Translations under genes and position numbers: made by a program
Notes under the pieces: model-generated
Database searches by the model: none
The model's input: only the letters and a program-made list of their open reading frames with translations
What the model was told of the DNA's origin: nothing
Assembly (NCBI GenBank): GCA_963726455.1
Contig: CAVSCK010000004.1
Coordinates: 1-64,000, forward strand
DNA: 64,000 nucleotides
From: an uncultured bacterium
GTDB taxonomy: Bacteria; Zixibacteria; MSB-5A5; CAIYYT01
Direction of reading: 5' to 3'
Shown: piece after piece, positions 22,228-31,857 of the stretch
Layout: every line of letters begins with the position of its first letter
Position numbering within the stretch: position 1 is the stretch's first letter

Positions 22228-25200
22228 ATGTTCAAAAAACTTTTGGTAGCTGTGCTCGCACTTACCATTATCATTGGTTTGTTTAGTCCAGCTTTGGCTA
22301 CCAAGAACCCCAACGAAGCCAAGCGGCTATTGCACCAGCAATTGCCTCCGGGACCAGCACGCCAGTTAAGTGGCTATGCAACTCATGAATTTGGTCCCTA
22401 CACAGGCCATGCTAGTAAAGTAGTTGCTCCGTCGAACACCAGAGTTCCGAACGTGGGCCCCTGCACTGATTATTCTTATAATGGTGCGGCCTGGTACAGA
22501 ATTACCGGTGGCGATTACGGCGCGGCTGTCCGCTTTACTCCTGCGGGAACATGCACTCTGAAAACCGTCAGCATGCTATTTGATCCAACTGGAACAGGTA
22601 CTGTCGGTATCACCGTGTATGTCTGGCAGGATGGTGGTGGAGTTCCTGGTAGTGTAGCTTTTTCGCAATTGATTGACCCGACGGCAATGCAGTTCAATCC
22701 GAACTTTTTGACTGTAGATGTCTCCGCGTCAAATCTGATATTCAACAGCGACTATTTTGTCGGCTGGGTGATGAACAGCTCGGATACCCTGGTTTCCAAC
22801 TGGCAGGGAATGTCCGACGATGGTTCAGCCGGCGCCGGCCGCTCGTTCATTAAGAACGGTATTGCCGGTCCCTGGGTGGACAATGGGACAGCTTTTGGTC
22901 TTGACATCAACTGGGTAATCGTCGCCAACGCCTGCTGCGGAGCTGCTCCGGGCGGCGGTTGCGAAAGCAACGTCTATAATGGCGCTGTGTATTATCGCTG
23001 GGGTGGCAAGTACGTAAGAGCAGTCCGCTTTAGCGCTGCTAACGAGTGCTCCATCAAGACGGTGACGCTCGGATTCTCAAGCGGCGGCCAGGTGGGAACC
23101 GGTGGTGTCGATCTGTTGTTCTTCGCGGACAACGGCGGCCTTCCGGGCACCCTGCTCGGCACACAGCACATTCCCCATACGTCGATGGTTATTCCGGGCA
23201 ACACGGTTGTTGACGTTTCCGCCAACAATTGGATTGCAGGTAGTGACTATCACCTTGGTGTGAAGATCACCAATTGGCAAACGGACGATTATCAACTTCG
23301 TTCGGACGATGGTTTAACTGGAACCGGACGCTCCTCGGAATTGGATACTACGTATCTGCTTCCCGGCGCGACCTGGACCCTTACCCAAGTACTTTATGCT
23401 TCATACGGACTGGACCCGAACTTCATCATTACGGATTCAGTTTGCTGTTCGTCGCTGCCTCCGGTGTGCAGCAACGAGAGCTATCATGGCGGCGCCGCCT
23501 ACTTCTGGCCGTTGCCTGATGCGTACGGAGATGATTTCTTCAACATGAGATTCTCCGCTGCCACCAAGTGCACCCTGAAGACCCTCAAACTCGGTTTCTA
23601 TGGACCGGGCACAGTGGGTAATCCGGGCGCCACGGTGTATCTGTGGAAGTCTGATGGTACGTTCCCGACCACGGTTATCAACTCCTTCCCGGTCAACCCG
23701 GTTGTTGATTTCTTCCCAGCCTTCACCGAAGTGGACGTTAGTGCTCTGAACATCATTCGTCAGGGTGACTTCCATGTCGGTTATTCTCCGATTATCAACA
23801 CCTCGGGTGACGTGTTGGCGATTCTGTCTGACGACGGTTCGACCGGCACGATGCGCGGCTCCGAAAAATACGGCGCCTCGTTCAGTCTGATGAAAGACGA
23901 CTGGGGCATCGATGCGGCATTCTTTATCGAAGTTTACAAATGCTGCCAGCCCCCGGGATATTGCGACGTGGCCGCTAATCCTGATGATCAATGGCCGACC
24001 TTTGCGCACGACTTTGCTCGTACATCAGAGTCCGGTCTGAAACTGGGTGATCTGTGCGGTATCCAGAGAGCGTGGATTTATACTCCAGCCGCCGTCCGGA
24101 ATATCGACTTCACCGCCCCAGTTATTATGAACGATCGCGTATATGTCGCATTTGCCGACAGATACGTTTGCATTAACCTGCTGACCGGCGTTGAAGTGTG
24201 GAACACGAAAGTGGCCCCGCTTTCCAGTCAGTATACTGCGATCGTCGGCTCCATGCGTACCATGCCGACTATCGAAGGCGACTTTATTTATATGCCGACC
24301 GGTTCAAGCCGTGGTATCATCAAGGCCAATCGCTTGACCGGCGACACGATCTGGGTAAGAGCTTCGGTCAGCAACCCGCTGCCGGGCACTCCCGGAACGA
24401 TTTCTTACGGCGCTAGCGTAATTCTTGGCGATGCTGTTTACTTTGGTGACAACAACGGCCAGGTCTATGCGTTGGATAAGAATACCGGCGCCAACAAGTA
24501 CTTTACGCAACTGCATGCCGATCCCCCGACCAACACGCTGCTTGGTGGGACCAACACTTCAGGCACGACTGACGGCACCCAGTTGTTCTTTAGCAGTTCA
24601 TTTGCTTCTCCGGAAGCATTCGCCATTTACGCTCTTAATCCGGGCGTTGGCGGATTCACCCAGAACTGGGTTTACACTTCGCCGTTGGCTGGCGTCTGGG
24701 GTAACCAGATGCTTGCGGCGCAGAGTTTCCGTTGCGACAACCTGTTCTTGAACACGTATGCCGGAACGTATTACAGCAGCACCAGCTTGTATAAGGGCTT
24801 CCGCCAGAACCTTGACCCGTTGACCGGTATTGAAAAATGGCCGGATTATTATCTGATGGGTCAGGCCTGGTCGGCTCCGCCGGCTACCATCGGTGGTTAC
24901 ACACCGTTGGCGGTGTTTGCTAACCTTAACAACGGTAGCTCGGGTTCCGCCAATACCCGTGCGGTCCGTGCGGTCAACTTCTCTAACAGCACCGTGTGGA
25001 TCAATCCGGGTACGGCTGGTATCTATGACAATGATGTATTCCTTCATGTGTCAACGACCCAGGATCCGTATGTTATTTACGGCACTTACGATCAGTCTGC
25101 TGGTGACGGCCATCTGTATTTTGTCGATGGCAACTCCGGTAACATGCTGATCGACTACTCGATGCTGGGCGCGTTTGTAGAAGGTTCTGCGATTGCGAAG

Positions 25201-27099
25201 GGATCCGACGGCAAGCCGTGGATCGTGACTTCGATTCGTAACACCAACTACACAGCCTCCACGGGCAAGCTCATCGCGTTCTCGGACATGGGTCCGCGTC
25301 CGCGCATGATCGTGCCTGAACTCGCGGTCGTATTCGCGTCCACGAATACCAGTGAAGCGGCTCCGATTCAGAGAACCCACTCCAGTGCTCTGTTGAACAT
25401 TGGTTGTGCTCCTCTGACCTTCACCGGTACGATGGAAGCCGGTGCTCCTCCGAAAGCTCGGCTCACCAGCGTGAGTCCGTTCGCTCAGAAGAACGCGACT
25501 CAGCTTGCCAGCAGACTCGTCGACTACAGAGTCGAGGATCTGGTGACGAGACAAGAACGTTCAAGCGTTGGTAAGATGTTCGAGAATTCCTTTACCCAGG
25601 ATGAAAACGGATTGTTCGTTTCGAACGCGCTGTCCGTCAAGCCAGCCGATGCCAATTCGTCACGTCTTGCTCCTCCGTCATGGGTGAGCTGGGTGACTCC
25701 GGCAAGCGGTACGGGCGCAGTTCCGGGTGCGAGTGCTCAGGACTTCACGTTCCAATTTGACCGTACGGGTATGCAGCTTCTGGGAGTTAACTACTACTAC
25801 GTAGATATCTTCTCGAACGATCCTGACTACTCAGTTCTGGATATGACGCAGCCGGCAATACAGGCGGAAATCTATTATGAACTTCCGTACGTGTACTGCG
25901 ACTACGATTCAGGCCGTATGGCATTTGGCACAACCGGCAGTGAATGGTACAACAACGCAGGCAGATTCGGTGATGCAACCGTAACGTTCGGATTCACTCT
26001 GGACGGTTCTTCCGACGGCGCTTTTCTCTATGGTGGTTCGATGTTCTTCATGACCAACATGGACAACGCTGCTTGGAATCCGTTTGGATCGAGCGTACCG
26101 GCCAACTTCGGCTACCTGTTTGGTTTCTACCTGTCCGGCACCGATTGCGGTGGCTGCCAGTTTAACACCACGCTTCCTGTCGAATACACAATTAACGGCG
26201 GCGTTAGCTATGCTAACCTCACCGGTGATCTTTGCTCGTTTGCGGTTATTGATTCGGGTCAGAGCTTGGGCTTCTGGGCGCATCAGGCCGGCCCGTCCAT
26301 GGGCATTTTGGTCAAGTACAGAGAAGTCGGTGCTTATGGTCCTGATTTCGGCGCCTTCAAGTTAGTGGTTGCCGACATCATCAACCGTAACGCTACACCG
26401 CTTGACGGACTGTATTACGGTAACTTCGAGGATTGGGACGTTGGATCCGGCGCCAACAATGGTAGCGCCGATATGGATAAGGGCATCGTTTACTTGAACG
26501 AAGGTCCTGTCATTCGTGGTCAGATTGGTCTGCCGCTGAAGGGTTCATACTGGCCCGACGGTACGAAGACTGATCCGGCTTACAACGTTCAAATCAATGC
26601 GAACGCCGATGTAGTCTATCCGTCAGCTCCGTGCCCGGAATGCTTGCTTGACAGCTTGTATGCATACATCGATGAACATGCGGAAGGCGCCGTGACTTAC
26701 ACCCCGGGTGCAAGTGCTTCTGGTGCTGCCGATGACTTGTCGTACGAAGTCGCGTTTGGTAAGGTTAACCTTGCCGGTGGCGCGACCAAGACGTACGGCT
26801 TCGCGATGTACGGATTTGACAACGCGACTTCGCCGATGGCTGAGTCCGAGACGTTGTCCAAGTTCATCAACAAGTACGCCGGCTTTGGCCGTGGCGACAT
26901 CGATAACAACGACGTTATTGATCTGCGCGATCTGGTTCGCTTGCAGAGATACCTCCACTCCGGTGGTGCCGGCCCCGTGCCGTTCAAACACCTGGGTGAT
27001 GTAAACAATGATGGTCTCGTGAACGATGCTGACTGCACTTATATGGCCGCGTTCTTCTTCACGGGCGGTCCTGCCCCGAGAGGCGCGTTCAAGTTCTAA
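22228..27099 (+). CDS. Giant secreted protein: 3 Cys-linked beta-rich repeats, PQQ-like beta-propeller, Ig-like region, C-terminal dockerin-like domain
   Basis: RBS AAGGAGG, signal peptide, three ~160-aa repeats each ending in CC, WPTFAHDFARTS followed by propeller blades, C-terminal GDIDNNDVIDLRD..GDVNNDGLVNDAD. Confidence 0.88.
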   Translation: MFKKLLVAVLALTIIIGLFSPALATKNPNEAKRLLHQQLPPGPARQLSGYATHEFGPYTGHASKVVAPSNTRVPNVGPCTDYSYNGAAWYRITGGDYGAAVRFTPAGTCTLKTVSMLFDPTGTGTVGITVYVWQDGGGVPGSVAFSQLIDPTAMQFNPNFLTVDVSASNLIFNSDYFVGWVMNSSDTLVSNWQGMSDDGSAGAGRSFIKNGIAGPWVDNGTAFGLDINWVIVANACCGAAPGGGCESNVYNGAVYYRWGGKYVRAVRFSAANECSIKTVTLGFSSGGQVGTGGVDLLFFADNGGLPGTLLGTQHIPHTSMVIPGNTVVDVSANNWIAGSDYHLGVKITNWQTDDYQLRSDDGLTGTGRSSELDTTYLLPGATWTLTQVLYASYGLDPNFIITDSVCCSSLPPVCSNESYHGGAAYFWPLPDAYGDDFFNMRFSAATKCTLKTLKLGFYGPGTVGNPGATVYLWKSDGTFPTTVINSFPVNPVVDFFPAFTEVDVSALNIIRQGDFHVGYSPIINTSGDVLAILSDDGSTGTMRGSEKYGASFSLMKDDWGIDAAFFIEVYKCCQPPGYCDVAANPDDQWPTFAHDFARTSESGLKLGDLCGIQRAWIYTPAAVRNIDFTAPVIMNDRVYVAFADRYVCINLLTGVEVWNTKVAPLSSQYTAIVGSMRTMPTIEGDFIYMPTGSSRGIIKANRLTGDTIWVRASVSNPLPGTPGTISYGASVILGDAVYFGDNNGQVYALDKNTGANKYFTQLHADPPTNTLLGGTNTSGTTDGTQLFFSSSFASPEAFAIYALNPGVGGFTQNWVYTSPLAGVWGNQMLAAQSFRCDNLFLNTYAGTYYSSTSLYKGFRQNLDPLTGIEKWPDYYLMGQAWSAPPATIGGYTPLAVFANLNNGSSGSANTRAVRAVNFSNSTVWINPGTAGIYDNDVFLHVSTTQDPYVIYGTYDQSAGDGHLYFVDGNSGNMLIDYSMLGAFVEGSAIAKGSDGKPWIVTSIRNTNYTASTGKLIAFSDMGPRPRMIVPELAVVFASTNTSEAAPIQRTHSSALLNIGCAPLTFTGTMEAGAPPKARLTSVSPFAQKNATQLASRLVDYRVEDLVTRQERSSVGKMFENSFTQDENGLFVSNALSVKPADANSSRLAPPSWVSWVTPASGTGAVPGASAQDFTFQFDRTGMQLLGVNYYYVDIFSNDPDYSVLDMTQPAIQAEIYYELPYVYCDYDSGRMAFGTTGSEWYNNAGRFGDATVTFGFTLDGSSDGAFLYGGSMFFMTNMDNAAWNPFGSSVPANFGYLFGFYLSGTDCGGCQFNTTLPVEYTINGGVSYANLTGDLCSFAVIDSGQSLGFWAHQAGPSMGILVKYREVGAYGPDFGAFKLVVADIINRNATPLDGLYYGNFEDWDVGSGANNGSADMDKGIVYLNEGPVIRGQIGLPLKGSYWPDGTKTDPAYNVQINANADVVYPSAPCPECLLDSLYAYIDEHAEGAVTYTPGASASGAADDLSYEVAFGKVNLAGGATKTYGFAMYGFDNATSPMAESETLSKFINKYAGFGRGDIDNNDVIDLRDLVRLQRYLHSGGAGPVPFKHLGDVNNDGLVNDADCTYMAAFFFTGGPAPRGAFKF

Positions 27100-27129
27100 T
27101 CTCGAACCGTAAGGTTGTTGAGATAGAAG

Positions 27130-27163
27130 AGAGTGAGGGTCGAAAGACCCTCACTCTTTTTTT
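27130..27163 (+). terminator. Rho-independent terminator
   Basis: AGAGTGAGGGTC-GAAA-GACCCTCACTCT followed by a T run. Confidence 0.9.
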
Positions 27164-27174
27164 GTGCGTGATTT

Positions 27175-28206
27175 CCCTCATTGCCGGCCTGACGGGAGCT
27201 CCCTCACCCCCGACCTGACGGAAGCGAAGTCCCTCACCCCCGACCCCTCTCCCGGAGGGCGAGGGGAGAAAACGTCGGTAGGATAAACATTCCTGTTTGT
27301 CCTTTTCACCGGGCCACAAAGAAACGGTCAAACAAGAATGTTTAACCTACCGGGTTTACAGGTTCCCGTCAGGAGGGGATTCCTGACGGCGCATTCCCTC
27401 ACCGTCGACCTGATAGAGCGCGAAGTCCCTCACCGTCGACCTGACGGAAGCGAAGTCCCTCACCCCCGACCCCTCTCCCGGAGGGCGAGGGGAGGAACGT
27501 CGGTAGGATAAACATTCCTGTTTGTCCTTTTCACCGGAGCCACAGAGAAACGGTCAAACAAGAATGTTTAACCTACCGGGTTTACCGGTTCCCGTCAGGA
27601 AGGGATTCCTGACGGCGCATTCCCTCACCGTCGACCTGATGGAACGCGCATTCCCTCACCGTCGACCTGACGGAAGCGAAGTCCCTCACCCCCGACCCCT
27701 CTCCCGGAGGGCGAGGGGAGGAACGTCGGTAGGATAAACATTCCTGTTTGTCCTTTTCACCGGAGCCACAGAGAAACGGTCAAACAAGAATGTTTAACCT
27801 ACCGGGTTTACCGGTTCCCGTCAGGAAGGGATTCCTGACGGCGCATTCCCTCACCGTCGACCTGATAGAGCGCGAGCTCCCTCACCCCCGACCTGACGGA
27901 AGCTTAGTCCCTCACCCCCGGCCCCTCTCCCGGAGGGCGAGGGGAGGAAACGTCGGTAGGATAAACATTCCTGTTTGTCCTTTTCACCGGAGCCACAGAG
28001 AAACGGTCAAACAAGAATGTTTAACCTACCGGGTTTACCGGTTCCCGTCAGGAAGGGATTTCTGACGGCGCATTCCCTCACCGTCGGCCTGACGGAAGCG
28101 AAGTCCCTCACCGTCGGCCTGACGGAAGCGAAATCCCGCACCGTCGACCTGATAGAGCGCGAAGTCCCTCACCCCCGACCCCTCTCCCGGAGGGCGAGGG
28201 GAGGAA
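27175..28206. repeat. Mosaic tandem array of REP-like palindromes (~226-bp unit x4 plus partial unit)
   Basis: GTAG of GTAGGATAAACATTC at 27278, 27503, 27729 and 27956. Each unit also carries the inverted partner GAATGTTTAACCTAC, a CCGTCAGGAAGGGATTCCTGACGG hairpin, ~30-bp CCCTCACCGTCGACCTGA sub-repeats and a CCCCTCTCCCGGAGGGCGAGGGG hairpin. Confidence 0.92.
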
Positions 28207-28323
28207 ACACCTTTTGCGTTTGCGCTGACTCGCACGACACGTATTTTGATTGTGATTGGGCATCGATGGAACGGTGTGGCGTTTTGGAACTATCGGGTAA
28301 AGGAATCGGTTTAAGAAGATAAT

Positions 28324-29391
28324 ATGGGCACTGAGACAGCGACAGAAACAGTAGAGAATATCATAACGCGGGCGAGCCGTTATTTGGCCGTGGATGGCTA
28401 TTACACGCGCGGTGGCGAGATTAATCTGAGGGGGACGTTGTCTGATGAAGGTGACGCCTGGCGGCCCGTGCTGGGCGCGGAATTGAAGTCGCTGGGCTAT
28501 GCGATGAAAGTGCACCAAAATGGAACGGTGGCGCATTTGAGCATCTATCCGTCAACGAGGCGCATACCGTGGCTCAATATCTGGCTGTTTATCGCGACGG
28601 CCATATCAGTATCGATCCTGCCGGCGTGGCTGACCGAAGGCAACAAGGTCTTTCACGATTTCAGTGTGATCTTGCGCTGGCAGAAGTTCGCGATACCGTT
28701 GCTGCTGATTTTACTGTGCCACGAATTCGGGCATTATCTGGCGGCGCGCCGCCGCGGGATACGGGTATCGCTGCCGTACTTCCTGCCGGCGCCGTCGGCG
28801 ATTGGAACGTTTGGCGCGTTTATCAAGTCAAATTCGCCGTTTCCATCGCGACGTGATCTGCTGGAGGTGGGAGCCTATGGCCCGATCGCCGGATTCGTCG
28901 TGGCAGCCGTGTTTTTGGTGATTGGATTAAGCAACGTTGTCGTGCGCGCGGTACCGCCGGAATTACATGCCGGGGCACTGGTTGAACCGCTGATCATGCG
29001 TATTGCGCAGGCAATCGTGGCGCCGGGTTCGATACGCGACGGATACGATATATTTCTGCAGGAAAATCCGATGCTGTATGCCGCCTGGGTGGGGATGGTG
29101 GTGACGATGCTGAACCTGCTGCCGGTAGGGCAGCTCGACGGCGGGCATATCGTGTATGCATTGTCGCCGCGCTGGCATTGGCTGGTGTCGCGGCTGGTGT
29201 TTGCGGGACTGGTGCTGTTCGGATTCGTCTGGCCGGGTTGGTGGATCTGGGCGGTGATGATATTTTTCGTGATTCGGTTTGGGCATCCGCCGACGCTGAA
29301 TGACTATCAACCGTTGGAGCGGCACAATCGCTGGACCGGCTGGGTCGCGATGGGGATGTTTATACTGACGTTTTCGCCGGTGCCGTTTTAG
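28324..29391 (+). CDS. Site-2 protease (M50 family)
   Basis: HEFGH, GTFGAFI, GPIAG, NLLPVGQLDGGH. Confidence 0.94.
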   Translation: MGTETATETVENIITRASRYLAVDGYYTRGGEINLRGTLSDEGDAWRPVLGAELKSLGYAMKVHQNGTVAHLSIYPSTRRIPWLNIWLFIATAISVSILPAWLTEGNKVFHDFSVILRWQKFAIPLLLILLCHEFGHYLAARRRGIRVSLPYFLPAPSAIGTFGAFIKSNSPFPSRRDLLEVGAYGPIAGFVVAAVFLVIGLSNVVVRAVPPELHAGALVEPLIMRIAQAIVAPGSIRDGYDIFLQENPMLYAAWVGMVVTMLNLLPVGQLDGGHIVYALSPRWHWLVSRLVFAGLVLFGFVWPGWWIWAVMIFFVIRFGHPPTLNDYQPLERHNRWTGWVAMGMFILTFSPVPF

Positions 29392-30890
29392 CTGCGTGAC
29401 TCGCGGTCGAGGCGCCGTAAATGACCTCGATCTTGTCGCGGTGTTTCCGCAAAGCTTCCAAAAAGATTTCGACGATCGCGGGATCGAATTGCCTTCCCGA
29501 AAAATCGATCAATTCTCGCACCGCTTGTTCGACCGTGCGGCTATTGCGGTACGGCCGGTCGGTAACGATGGCGTCAAAGGAGTCAGCAACGGCAAGGATA
29601 CGGCCCTCGATGGGGATTCCTTCGCCCTTGAGATGGTCGGGGTAGCCGCTGCCGTCCCACCATTCGTGATGGGCGGTGATATAGGGCGTGCAGGGGCGCA
29701 GGAAGTCGATGCCTTCAATGATGCGGGCGCCCAGTTCCGTGTGCTTGCGCATAATGGCCATCTCGTTGGGATTGAGGAAGCCGGGTTTGTTGAGGATTGA
29801 ATCGGGCACGCCGATTTTGCCGATGTCGTGCAGCGAGCAGCCCATCGACAGAATGAACATGCGTTCCTCGTCCCAGCCGAATTGACGAGCCATCATCTCG
29901 GCAAGATAGGTTACGCGAACGGTGTGACCCGACGTGTAACGGTCGCGTGCTTCGACCGCGTTCGCCAGCGCCATCATGGTGGAGAGATAGGCCTTCTCCA
30001 GATCATCGTAAAGTTTCGAGTTGCTGATGGCGTAGGCGGCTTTGGAAGCGATGACTTTCAGCGACTGCAGTTCGCCGGTGGTGAACTCGTGGTGTAAGCC
30101 GACGCGCTGCAGGTTGAGAACGCCGATTACGCGTCCGCGAATTAGCAAAGGACAGGACAGGTAGCTGGTGATTTGCGCCTGGCCGAAGATGTCTTCGGAT
30201 TGATCGGCAGTGGCATAGACGTTTTCGATTTCGACGATTTTGGATTTGGCGGACATGAGCGAGTGATTAGTTCGGCCCTCGAGAAAGTCACGATTCGACT
30301 GCAGAATGAGTTTGCGCCTGCAGCGCCTGCAACACGAACGGAGACTCCTTGTTGAAGTCATAGAATAGGATCGAGGCCGCTTCGGCGTTGAATTCCTTAA
30401 TCGTCAATTTCAGCACCTGGTTGAGCGCGGTGCCGAGATGAATGGTCAGACTCATGGCTTCAGCGATACGGAAGAGCGCCAGTTGTTCTTTCAGGCGGAT
30501 ATTCTCGCGCGCCAGTTGCAGTTTACGCAGTCCGCGTTCGACGGTGGCGAGGAGTTCATCCATTTTGAAGGGTTTGGTCAGGAAGTCATAGGCGCCGTGT
30601 TTGAGCGCCTCGGTGGCGTTCTCGACCGTCGGGTAGCCGGTCATGAAGACGACGACGGTGTCGGGATCGGACTCGAGCGCGGCCTCCAATATCTCCATGC
30701 CGGAGTAATCGCCCATCATGAGGTCGGTGAGCACGAGGTCGAAGTGGGATGACTTGATGAGCGTGAGCGCTTTCTGCGGATTGCACTCGCCAGCCACGGC
30801 GAAGTTGGGCTCGTCGCGCAGCATTTCCGCAGCGACGGCGCAGACTTCCGGCTCATCGTCGACCACTAATATTCTGTTCTTAAACGCCAT
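29360..30890 (-). CDS. Response regulator-GAF-HD-GYP cyclic-di-GMP phosphodiesterase (one frameshift near 30320)
   Basis: REC domain in ORF 30288..30890 (VVDDE, DLVLTDLMM, TGY, KPF). GAF remainder and HD-GYP (LHDIGK, HHEWWDGSGYP, VADSFDA) in ORF 29360..30361. Confidence 0.88.
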
Positions 30891-31057
30891 CTTCGCTCTT
30901 CACGTTGTTAACAGTTTTCGACAAGAAAACACGCACGGTATCTGCCCCCCTTACCTGTCGTAGGAAATATCGTCAGAGCAGCGCGTAGCGTTGAGACAGA
31001 ACGCTGTGCATTTATTACATAGTTGCGGCGCGGGAGCGCATCTGGAACAGTAAAATG

Positions 31058-31086
31058 TTGACAGAAATTCGGTCGTTGGTGATAAT
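31058..31086 (+). promoter_or_regulatory. sigma70 promoter, probably leaderless PadR transcript
   Basis: TTGACA-N17-GATAAT with ATG 5 nt downstream; no SD. Confidence 0.55.
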
Positions 31087-31091
31087 GAGTT

Positions 31092-31661
31092 ATGCCGATC
31101 ACGCGTACCGATCTGATAATCCTTGCGTTCCTTTCTGAAAATCCAGCGCACGCCTGGGATATCGACCGCCGTTTAGTCGCGATGGGCGCCGATTTTTGGG
31201 CAGAGTATTCGAGACCACATCTGTATTATTCGCTGCGGAAACTGGCCCGCGCCGAGTTGGTGGAATTGGTCCAGAAGGAGCGCGCGCAAGCGAAAAAGGA
31301 ATATTGCATCACGGAGAAGGGGAGGCAAACGCTCCAGAATAATGATGCCGTGTCGCAGCTTTTCTACAATCAGGTCTATTTCGATTTCGATTTGCTGCTC
31401 GGATTTTCAGAGCGGTTTGCCTCGGACGCCGTGTCATTCAAGCGGCTGCTGGAACATCGGAGCGAGGCGCTACAGAAGGAGCTGGAGGGAATTCAGGAAG
31501 TGTGGGCGAAGGCCGAACGCCAGGGTGATTTGTCGTTCGGCAAGCTGGCGGTAATGAAGCATCGGATCAAGTTCCTCAAGTCGGAAATTGATTTCCTCAA
31601 GTGGCTCGACAAAAACACTCCCGAAGAATGGCAGTCGCTGAAACGCACCGGCGGCGAATAG
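31092..31661 (+). CDS. PadR-family transcriptional regulator
   Basis: ILAFLSENPAHAWDI, LYYSLRKL...LV, K.Y.ITEKGR wHTH followed by a helical C-terminal domain. Confidence 0.85.
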   Translation: MPITRTDLIILAFLSENPAHAWDIDRRLVAMGADFWAEYSRPHLYYSLRKLARAELVELVQKERAQAKKEYCITEKGRQTLQNNDAVSQLFYNQVYFDFDLLLGFSERFASDAVSFKRLLEHRSEALQKELEGIQEVWAKAERQGDLSFGKLAVMKHRIKFLKSEIDFLKWLDKNTPEEWQSLKRTGGE

Positions 31662-31698
31662 ACTCTTCTTTCGTCAGATGCGGCACCATCTGGAAACA

Positions 31699-31734
31699 CC
31701 CTCACCCTCAATCCCTCTCCCAACGGGAGAGGGA
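31699..31734. repeat. CCCTCACCC..CTCTCCC..GGGAGAGGG palindromic repeat
   Basis: Same family as the terminal hairpin of each 27.2-28.2 kb array unit. Confidence 0.7.
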
Positions 31735-31764
31735 AGGAACAGCGCACATGTTGCTTGCGGTGAT

Positions 31765-31790
31765 AAACAAAGGGCGCCCGAAGGCGCCCT
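31765..31790 (-). terminator. Terminator of the deiminase gene
   Basis: Minus strand AGGGCGCC-TTCG-GGCGCCCT followed by TTGTTT. Confidence 0.7.
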
Positions 31791-31857
31791 GTGGTGCGAA
31801 CTCACTGGAGCAAGGGAAGTCCGGAGCAACCGGGTCTGGCTGCTCCGGTGTCATAGC

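Noticed and set aside
27175-28206. Possible CRISPR array
   Set aside because: Whole ~226-bp units repeat with no unique spacers and there are no cas genes nearby. The short ORFs 27522..28322 are by-products of the repeat.
29360-29391. 32-nt convergent overlap of the M50 protease and HD-GYP genes as antisense regulation
   Set aside because: Short 3' overlaps are common and the overlapping tail is low-complexity; there is no further support.
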